Positions 1-10,700 of a stretch of 22,463 nt of DNA are shown one piece after another. The translations under genes and the position numbers were made by a program. Position 1 is the first letter of the stretch. The number at the start of each line of letters is the position of its first letter. The DNA comes from Candidatus Omnitrophota bacterium. Its GTDB lineage: Bacteria; Omnitrophota; Omnitrophia; Omnitrophales; Aquincolibacteriaceae. The DNA lies in NCBI GenBank assembly GCA_043803685.1, contig JAZDJU010000012.1, positions 1 through 22,463 of the forward strand, in the 5' to 3' direction. A model generated the notes under the pieces. That model saw only the letters and a program-made list of their open reading frames with translations, was not told where the DNA came from and ran no database searches.

Positions 1-1700
1 GAATGGGGTCTTGACCTTTAACGCGGCCTATATCAACGGAGTGGTGTACGCCTGGGGCGCGGACAAAGGCGAGAACGGCCTGACGGATCCCAATAGCAAA
101 GCCTATTGGCATTCGAGCGCGGAGACCGGTAAGAATTCGATAGCGAATTCCTCGATGAGTGACAGCAACATGAAAAATCTTGATGTGGTCAAGAGCGGCA
201 CGGCGGCAGACGCGCAAAAGATTGGATACGATTTTAGCGGGACTGCTTTTGCGAGCATGAACACGACGGATCAGAATGCGTTGGGCCAATTCCTTGCGAC
301 GTATGGGATCGGCGGGATGAGGCTGGCGGGGACGTATGTGTACGATGTCAATGGCACGCAGATCGGATTCGGGAATGCGGAAATGGTGAATGGGGTCTTG
401 ACCTTTACTCATGCTTATATCAACGGGGTAGTGTATGCCTATGCGAATTTTAATACGGATGTGGCTGGGGCTTCGGAACGGTGGATTCAGATTGGAAATG
501 GCGACGTGAAGAGCGTTGAGGCGTATAGCGCGAGCGTTGATTTGCCGGGGGGGGGTACGGCCTTGGGAGTTTACATGAATGTATTCACGGGGGCGGCGGC
601 CATGCTGAGCGTTGCTGATCAAGCCGCTCTCGGAGCTTTCATGGGTATGTACGGGATCAACGGCGTGAAACAGGCCGGAGTTGGTTTTGTGTTTGACGCG
701 GCTGGGACCCAGATAGGTATGATCGAGATAAAGGGGTGGAGCAACGGTGTCCCTGTCATTGGTGAGGCTGCCTACATCAACGGAGTGGTGTATGGATGGA
801 GTAGCAAGAAAGGTGTTTTCCAGATTGCGGATTCTTCGCAGTGGCACAACACTACTGGAAAAGAGGGTGAGGCAGTTGTTCTGGATCAAGATACCCGCAA
901 GAAGGTGGCTAATTATGCGATGGATATCATAGGCTTTAGACATGACGATGGGACGAGTTTTAATGCTGCCGAGACATTAGCCGTCGGTAATTTTATGGCG
1001 GCAATGGGGTTAAACGGTCTCATTCAGGCGGGGAAGACCGCTCTGTATTTGGACGGGAAGTTCGTGGGGACCGGGGTGGTGCAATGGGCTAACGGTAGTG
1101 CGTGGATCAAAGTCGCTTCCATTAATGGCGTGATATATGCGTGGAGCGCTGAGTTGTATAAGGGCCGAGGGACGGGCGAATCGTCTTTTCATCAGAAAGT
1201 CAATCCGTCTGACGTGACGATGATCTTTGGCGAAAAAGGTGCAATTAACATTGTCGATTCGAACAACAAACAAATAGCAGATTATGCGAAAGAAGTGACG
1301 GGATTTAATATCGGGGATGGATTTAAATGGAGCACTTCTGAAACAACGACGATCGGGAACTTCATGGCCGGATTGGGATTGAACGGTCTGGTCCAGACCG
1401 GAATGGCTGCGCTTTATTTGGGCGGGGAGACTGGGAAGCTCGTCGGAGTTGGGATGATGACGACGAGCTATTTTTCATCCTTACAGATCGATGTTGCCAA
1501 CGTTGGTGGAGTGGTGTATGGCTGGAGCAGTGAGGCGAAAACTTTTCAGATCGCCAATCCATCCCTCTGGACAAGCGTGAAGACCGCCGAGGGATTTGTG
1601 GCCAAAGATGGAACGACCTTTACATCTTCCGAGACGTTAACGGTCGGTAATTTCATGGCAGGTCTCGGATTGGGGGGATTGACTCAGGCCGCCGGAACAT
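1..1700 (+). repeat. About five degenerate ~115-130 aa tandem repeats in the giant protein
   Basis: Recurring motifs YINGVVYAW / YINGVVYAY / YINGVVYGW / SINGVIYAW / NVGGVVYGW alternate with LGQFLATYGIGG / LGAFMGMYGING / VGNFMAAMGLNG / IGNFMAGLGLNG / VGNFMAGLGLGG. Exact 20-nt DNA repeat gaatggggtcttgaccttta at 1-20 and 388-407. Confidence 0.9.
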
Positions 1701-4700
1701 ATTATCAGCGCACTGCGGTCGAATTGGGGGCCAAGGCTTTCTTTTTTGTCCAAGACGCTGCTGCGCGGTCATTCAATTACCTGATGGATAAATATGGGGT
1801 GGGCTTCGCTCTTGGGGCTGCGGTCGGAGCGGCGATCATTGTTGCGGGTGCGCTGGTCCTCGCCGGAATTAAATGTATTCTCGTAGGGGGCGTTGTCGCT
1901 TTAGGTGTAAAAATGTCTACCGTAGGCGGTCTTCTGATCGCGAGCGGCGCGTTTCTGGGTTCTTCCGTCGCTATTGGTTGTTACTATGCCGACGTTTATG
2001 CCGCCCAGATTAAGGCCGGTGAAACCTGGTGGAATGCGTGTCGCATAGCAGGTCAGGGGACGTGGCTTCGGGCCATTCAAGATATCGCGTTCAGTTGGGT
2101 GGCTGTCTCTGTGATCAATATGATCTTTGCCATGGGGGTGGCTTCGTTCGCGGCAGGAGCGGCCAATCAAGTGGCAAGTTGGGGTTGGGTCCTTAGGACG
2201 GGCTCGTGGCTGACCGAAAGATTTGGAGCCGGGACCGGAGGTATTCTTTTGAGCCGTGCGGAGGTCACGCTTACGGGACGGGCTGCACAATTATGGGGGA
2301 GCCAAGCGTCGTCTGTCGCCTATTCGGGGCTCCGGTTAACGTCGGTGACGTTATCCGGATGGAATGCGTTTGCGATCCATTTCGCTTCAGGCTTTACGCT
2401 CCGAACTATCATTCCGACGATCCTGAATATCGGCGTCAAAATGGGCTTTACGCTGAGCATTGGGGCGAACGTTTTGGCGCTTCTCGGTATAACTTACGGC
2501 ACTCCCGAGGCTCTTTCGCGTGAGCGTCTTGACGGAGGCTGGAACTCCGGGCGGGGCAACTTTCTTGGGGTTTGGGACAACATCACGCGCGGTTTTGTTC
2601 TCATGGTGGCGAGTATGCAATCCATGACCGGCCTCGAATCCATGATGCAAAACATGGTCACGACCGAGCACTGGATATTCACTGTAGGCTTTGCGGTTTT
2701 TGGGTTTATTCCTACCTATTCGTCAAGTATCCTCAGCGGCATGGCAGGCATGGCAGGCACTTGGGCGGGCAAATGGATCGGTCTCCCCGCCGGATCGGCC
2801 GCGACGGGAGGTATTTTTGAGATGGTCGGCTTGGTTGGGGAAGGGGCAATCATCAGTTTGGCGACCTTTCAATTGATGAGTCTGATCGGGCGGAGCTTCG
2901 TGCAGGCATGGGAAAAATCGGGGCTTGCCGCGCTCTATGAGGAGGCTTTCAAGGAAAATGTTCTTCAAAGTAGCCTTCTCGCCTGGGTTCCGGACCAATA
3001 TTCTGAATCCATGGTCGAACTATTTGATGTCGCGCGAGGAAGAAAGACTCATTTCAGCGCCGAACAGAATCAGTTTAGTCAACAGTTGAGCCAGGCGGTC
3101 ACCGCGTCAGGACTGCTCACGGCAGGTTTCTCTTCCGTTGGCGGAATGTTGACAAAGGCTTTGGGGCAGTTTAATGCCGGCAATATCGCTGCAGCTCAAA
3201 AGATTGTCTCATCTGCGATCCAATCATTGAACGGGCAAGCGACAGGCGTAGCCCAATTCGATGTCGCCCTAAGCTCATTACAATCTATGGCTGAAAATTC
3301 CATGGCAGTGATCGGTCGTTTGGATGTTGCCCTTTCAAACCCGGAAAGTGCCTTAGCGAAGCTCTACGACGTACCGACTTTGAATACCATGTTGGGTCTT
3401 GCTAAGAATAATCCGTTCATGGATTTTGGAAATAGGGTGGATGTCCAGGGCGGTAACCTTCGGGGGCTTGCGGCGGCCGCGGCGATCCAGCTTGTGGCGA
3501 CGGGCGGGTTTGATGCTACCTATAACGGCAAGTCTGCCGGGGAATTCCTTGGGAGCTTTGGCTTGAATAAAGAGCAGGTAAGTCATATTCGGACGATCAA
3601 CGTTGATTTTGCTGCCAAAACGATCAGTTCTGAGGATCTGTCGAATTTTACCCGCGATCTTGCGATGTCCTCAGGAGTTCTTGTCAGGGATGTTCGCGGT
3701 GTCCCGCAAATATCGACGCAGCTCTTCATAAATGTTGTGATGGCGAATTTTATGGGAACACTCAGCGCAGAAGCTTTTAGGTCTTCGGGTGTCGAGAAGA
3801 ACGCGCTCGCGGCTTTTGAGGCTATGACGCCGGAGGCGCGGACGAAGTTCCAGAATGCGCTTCGAGGGCGAAGTGAAATGGCCGACGGCGAAGCGCTCAT
3901 GTTCCTTATGCTCGGAAGCCAACTTGCAACAACTCCCAAAGACACCGCGAAGGTCAAAGCGCTTTTACAGGCTTTTGGACTTACGAGCAGTTCGGCAAGA
4001 GGGATCGCTGGAAGCCTCGGGATCATGTCGAGCTCCGCCCGATCGATCCTCCGGATGGTCGAGGATGGTGAGGAAGGCGCGAACACGCGTGTGGGAGAGT
4101 TCCTGATCGAGAAGGCTGGAGCTTTCCAGATGAAAGATCTCTGGAAATTTGAAGGGGTGCTCTCGGCGTTCGGCCGTGTGGATGCTCAGGACTACGGAAA
4201 GTTCTTCAGTGATCTTGGTTTGCAGGGCGCGATCCCGAGCGTGATTCTTGATATGCTGACTAAAGACTCTGTTTTTGCCGACACCCTCATCTCGGGTATC
4301 CTGGATTCTTTGATGGTCAGCGGGAAACGGCCGACCGAGGCTGGACTGCGGGATGCCGTGTTTTTCTCCGCGTTGCAGTATGCAAAGGATGCTCCCGAGG
4401 CGGCTAGCATCGTCAAGGCCATGCTCGGTGAAAAAGGAGAGAAACTGGGGAAGGGGCTTGAGCGCCTCACGGGGGTTGAGGGTAGAGCAAATTATGAGCT
4501 CAAGGCGGTTCAGGCGATCGCCGCTTCGATCGCTAAAGAATCAGTCGCTTTTGCTTTGCCGCTTCTTGAAGCCGCGGTTCAGGGGGTCGCCGCTTTATCC
4601 TTCAATGTCGAAGCCTTAGTCGCTTCCGGTCTTGTGACCCAGGATGAGATCGATGCTTTCTTGTCTGAACTTAACCGGCCCCAACCCGTGACCCGTTCTG

Positions 4701-7700
4701 AAGTGAGAGACGCTGAGGCGGAGCAAACTCCCGAGGAATTGACAGAGGCAGAATCGGATCGATCGGCGCAGAAAAATTTTGATTCCGTGAGAGAACGATT
4801 GTCGGGTGCTGTTCAAGCCCTGGTGATGATCGGCGGGCGTTATGCGGCTACCCATGGAGATCTCACTTCCGAAGGACTCAGGGCCAACCGGGCGACGGGA
4901 CCTCCAGCTTCAGTCACGGCGGTAGAAAATTCTCTGAGTCTGCTATTGGGTGATATTTTAAGTAAGGCCGAAGGCGAAAATGGAGTTGCCGCGGATCGTA
5001 TTCTTGTCGCAAACCTCGCATGGCTTAATCAATCCTTCTCCAGTCAGATCGCTGCTTTAAATCTTCAGCTTGATAAGGCTAAAGGCCTGCATGCCGCGGA
5101 CCGGATCCTCTACGGGCTTTCCATTTCTCAGTCTTCATTGCGGATCGTTTCAACGCTGTATGCTCAAAAAACAGGCGCACGTCAGAAGACCGATTCCTCT
5201 CAGGATGGCGATACCACGAGCGTTGCCGAGCTTGAAAAAGAATCCGATGAGATCCTGCGGGTCCTCGGGAGTTCCCGCAGTACGGGTTCCCGGCTCAACC
5301 GGGATATGCGCCTCCACGAGCGCGCTTTCCGGGCTAACCAGAATGAAACTCGTGTTCCAGCAGGCCGCTTGAATCAGTTGGTTGCCTCCGTCCAATCCGC
5401 TTTCATCAATTCGCTTCTCGGTAAGTTTATTTTTGAAAAAACGCAATGGGGCGTCGCGCAAGTCCTCCGGGCGGTTGCTGAGGAGGGACGTGAACGCTCC
5501 CAGGAAATGTTGATCACGGCCCTTCAGAAGCATTCCAAGTGGGGGGAGGTTTCTAAGGAACTTCGCGATAGGGTTTCCGCCTGGCAGGAAGACCAAAAAA
5601 CAGGCGCCAAGGCTATCGATCCCGAACTTTTGTTGGCCATCTATAAAGATGTGGCAGGGAAAGCTATATTTACCGAATTAAAATTGGTACCGAAGCTCAA
5701 GGCGAAGTTCTTTGACCTGATGTTGCTTTTTGAGGGTACTGTTCAATCGATCCAGGATCGCGCTACCGAGATCGGAGCCCAATTGGAATTAGCGAAGCGT
5801 CTTGACGGTGTGACCGGCGAGAAAGCTCGTGCAGAAGCCATCCAAGAAGTTTGTAGGGCTTGGCAGGCCGAATTCCAGAAGCGCATCGATAAAGAAGGTC
5901 TTACGAAGCCTCTTCGTAATGAGGCTTTGGCTTTCTACAGTGCGGCGATCGCTGCCACTAAAGGCGATAAAGGCTGGGCAGATTCTCAGGGGAATTTCCG
6001 GTTGCATGACGAGCAGATCATGGCCGCTTTGGTCATGAATTATGGCTGGAATATCGCGGAGCTTGCCACCGGTGAAGGAAAGACCACGATTGGCTTTTTG
6101 TCAGCCGTCGTGAATGGCCTGACAGGAAACGGCTCTTTTATTGTCACGACGCAGGACATGGCGGCGGCGGATGGTTATATCAGCAATACCACCGTGGCGA
6201 ATATGCTGGGTATTTCAGTCGGTCTTGTTCAGAAGAACGACTATGAGCGCGATGCGAACAAAAATGCCGAGGTCTTTAAGGACGAGAAGGGCAAGTCATT
6301 TATCCGGAAGAAGGGCGCTGATATGACCTCGGAACAAAAACGCTCCGAGTATCACAAACAAATTACCTATGTGAGCACCCAAAACTGGGCCTTTGACACC
6401 CAGAACGACATTCTTGAGACCAAGGAGAACGACCCCGGGAAAAAGATCATTGACCGCGATTTCAAGAAGGTCTCCGTGATCATTGACGAGATCGATAGCG
6501 TTCTGATCGATCAGGCGATGACCTCCTTTATCCGTTCGTCAGGACAGGGGGAGGCCAAAGAGGAGGACAAGGATTTGCGTTTGGCGTTTGCCCGGATCGT
6601 GGGGAATGTTGACGTTGCAAACGAAGGAGATGAATTCAAGCTCGCCGTAGGTCAATTTTTGATCGTGGACGGCGAGGCGGTACGGCCGCTTGTGCCTAAT
6701 TTCCAAGCGGATGCCATAAAAGATCCCACAGGCCGCATGGCTCAGGCGAACGAATCCGGCATCGCGAAAGCTGTAAAGCGTCTTGCGGCGATGCTGAGTG
6801 AAGGAAATATCTCGCCGGAACTTTTCGACCGTCTTGTCACCCCCGAAACGAAGAAGGGGAAGATGGGGCTGACCCTGACGAAAGAAGGGAAAGATCTCTT
6901 GAGCGACGCGGTCCAGGCCCAGCATCTTTATGCCGAGGGCCGTCAGTACCGCCGCGAGAACAATGAGATCCTTCTGGTCGCAAAAGACACGGGTGTCACG
7001 CAGGAAGGCCAGCGCCTGAATCGTCTCCATCAGGCGATCGAAGCTAAGGAATATTTGCTGGATCAGGAAAGGATTAAAAATAACTTGGAAGTCGAAAATC
7101 CGGTGACGATCCATGAGATGGTGGTCCGCGGGGAGAGCCGGACGACTTCAAGCGTGACGGCGCGTGACGTGTTGCGGCAATATGGCCGTGTTTCAGGAAT
7201 GACCGGGACGGCTTCATACGGCCAGGCGGAAAAATTGTTTGACAAGATGTATGGCTTAAAAGTCCAGACAGTCCCGACCCACAGCATTAGCCGCCGCGTG
7301 GATCATCCTATGCAGTTCATGAACTCCCGGGAGCGTTTTGAGAGGGTCGCGGAGCTTGTGATCGAGGCTATTGCGGCGGGAAGACCTGTCCTTATCAACG
7401 CTCAGACCATGGAGGAAAGCCGCGCGATCGAAGCAGAGCTCGACATCATCTTAAAACGAGAGGGGATCGTAGCTAAGGACGGGATACGAGTCTTGAATGC
7501 GGCTAATGAGCTGGAGTACGACTGGATGAAAGATAGTGCCGGAAAGCCAGGCGTTATTACTATTGCCACGAACATCGCGGGGCGTGGTACGGACATTGGG
7601 CTGGGTCGAAAAATGACCATAGCTCACTTTGACGAGATGTTGAAGCGAGGAGCAATAGATCAGGCAGCTTATGCGCGTTATGTCGAGGCTAAAGATGGAA

Positions 7701-10700
7701 AACCTACGCTTACCCCAGAGGGTAAGGATTATGATAAAAACAGAATTGACTCCGTAGGCGGGCTGCGTCAGATCAATTATGGAGTGAATGATTCGCTGAG
7801 AATTGATATGCAAGCCAGCGGCCGCGCGGGTCGTATGGGAGCGGCAGGGGAATCGTTCACTCTTGTCGCGACCGACGAGGCTAGCTCCGATTACACCTTT
7901 ATTCAGCGCGGATTGATGTCCGGCAATCGTGTCCAGCAGGCCATTGCCAAGGTTGCGATGGCGCGTCTTAACGATCCCTTCACGGAAGGCGGTCGCTTTT
8001 TTGCCAAGTGGTTCTTGAGCAGTGGATTGAAGGGTGTGGATCTTTCCGAAGTAAAAACGATCGGGGAATGGGCCTATCGCATTGCCCAGCGCAATGTCGA
8101 GATCCAGAACGCCAAGTCCTTGTTCGAAGCGGCGCGGCGCGGGGATCGTTTGTTCACAGGGCAATTGCTTGTGAAGCCCATCTTTGATTACCTCCAGGAA
8201 AAGATCCGGACCGAAGTCCGGTCTCAATATAAAGGGGGAGTGCCCGAAGCCATCTCCACCCGCGTGAATGAGGTTTTCAATAGTTTCAAGGAGCCCTATA
8301 CCGTTGAAGAGCTGAAAGAAGACCTTGATGCCGGTTTTGTTTCAAAAGAAGATTTCTCAAAGTACGCGCTTGAGGTGGAGGATCTGTCGGGGGTAAAGAC
8401 GTTCGTGTTCACAGATGCGGGCGTAGCTTTCGCGGCTACTCAAAAAGACTCTTTAGAACGATTAGGTAATCTTCTGGATAGGAAATTTGGAATCCGGTTG
8501 AATTTTGAGGAGCTGGGCAAGGTCAACATGCAGGCGCTGGAAACGGCGGTGGCTCAGGAACTTATGTATCATTATGCTTCGTCGGCCATGGAAGAGCGGC
8601 TAAGCGAGATCCGTGGAGACTTCTTCAAGGAGATCCAGAAGGAAGGTCCGAAAGCCACGAGCCGTTTTGCGTGGCTCGCCGAGCAACGATATACCAAGAT
8701 GTTCACCAAAGCGTTGATGAGCATGGCCGAGCGCGGGCCGGGCGTGATCCGTAACATGGATCTCAGCGGCGAGAAACTCAATGATTATGTGAATAATGCC
8801 ATCACCTCACGTGAAGACACGAAAGAGAAGGAAGTTGAGAAAGCTGCGCGGGTTAAAGACGCTGAAAAGAGTGAAGAGAAAAATGAAGGATTTCTTGGGG
8901 CCTATCTGACACGGTTAGCCGATGTCGTGGAAGCCGCAAAGAAAGCAGAGGAGCGTGGCGAGTTTCAGTTGGAAGCTGAAGCGAAGGCGAAAGTTGCGTT
9001 GAAGGAGAAAGTTGCGTTGTGGAGGGCTGCCTTGGGGATCGGCGTCACCCTGCAACGGACATTCCGGGATTCGGCCGCAGTGGAACAGTCGCTTACGCGT
9101 CAGGCGGAGCAGCAGCAGATCACGATTGATGCGGCGGTCCTTGCGAGGGCAGCGGCTGCTGCGAAGGATGGTTCAGCTCAAGCCCAAGCGCATGTGCAAG
9201 CGTTGAATGAGCAAATGAACGCGCGACGCGAAGCTGTGATCGCGCGTTTGCGGAAAGGGGAGATCCAGGCCGCGATCATCCAGACCGATAAAGGTTTTGA
9301 AGTCTTTGTCATGCCTGTCAGCGGTGACCCCAAACCAGTAGTGCTTCAGAAGGTTACTCCTGAATATTACAGTGCGATCAAGGCTCTTGAGCGATCCGAC
9401 GGAAAAACAACTTACACGCACAATGGCAAGGAACTGCCCGTCAAGGTGTCCTCAGCCGGTGTGATCGAGATCGGGGAGGTGCATTATCCCGCGGATGCCA
9501 CGATCGGCAAAGGCACGATCCTGATCAATTCAGAACTGGAAGGAACTAAACCCACTATTGGGGTCGGGGCTTACATCGAAGGAAGCGTGCTCAATAATGC
9601 GACGATCGGTGATCACGCGGTCATTAAGGTGACGCGTGCGAATCAATCGATCGATGCCGGCGCCTATGCAAAGCTTGACCATGTGTATGGGGATAAGATT
9701 ACCGTCGGAGATAATGGGACGGTGGTCTATTCAGCCCGTGAAACGATCAAGGTCCCAAGTGGCGCAGCCCGGGTCGGTGATTTTAAAGAAATGGGCATCT
9801 TTGGCTTCAAGGCCAGTGATGCCGAACGGACCGTCATCTCTAGTGACACTTACGTGGCAGACCAGAGAGGGTTGTCGGTTTTCGTTCAGGATGTGGTGGG
9901 TAAGGTGCTTGGGAAGTGGCGTTTTGAGCGCCTCAAGAAATTCTTCGAGCGTCTTTCTGAGGAACTCGCGAAAAGGACCGATACGCAACTCCTCCGTGCG
10001 GATGTCAAGGCGCGTCGTGTCGGCGGTGCCCCCGATGAGCCGGAGGTCGCGGGGCAGGCAAAGCAGCAGTTGAGCGTGGAGGAGGTTCTCGCTCATGCGG
10101 AAGCGATGAAGATCATGGCTTCTAACGCGAATGAAGCCAGGGATATTTTAGGTAAACTCTCGCCGCGCCAGAAGCTTATTGTGATCGCCATCATAGCCTT
10201 CCAAGGAAGGCGTGATGCAAACGGCCAACCGCTTTTGACCGAGGAAAATCTGAAATATTTCGAGGGATCGGAAATTCTTACGGAAAGGGTTAAGGACATG
10301 CCGGGAGTGTGGGGTAAGCTTAAAGACCACAATTTGCCAAATGTTCCTTTCATCTATATCAAGCTTTCCGGCTCGGCCTTGAAGTTATTGCAAGCAAAGA
10401 ACATTCAAAGCGAAACAGCCATTGGCTTTAGGACTTCGCCTTATGACATTGCGATTCTTGGCCAATTTCTCTCGGGGAGTGCAGCGCCGATACTGAAGGA
10501 AGTGTGGAATGATTTACTGCCGTTTATTGCGGCTGGCTCCATTACCGTGAATGGCCCTATGGCGAAGGAAAACAAGGAGAAGGGCTTTGAAATGGTCGCC
10601 CACGAATATGGTCATCATATTGATGCGGGTAAAAACATGACTGAATCGTCCAGTAGGGAAAAACTGGCTGCGCAAGGCTTCCAGGTCGATCACCCAGCTC

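Noticed and set aside
11..13. TTG start of the giant ORF
   Set aside because: The frame is open to the window edge and begins mid-repeat. The true start is upstream.
4885..4910. RATGPP motif as a processing site in the giant protein
   Set aside because: Single occurrence in the window. It cannot be supported without homologs.
5930..8200. Housekeeping secA gene
   Set aside because: It is an internal domain of a continuous >4,000-codon frame, so no gene symbol was assigned.
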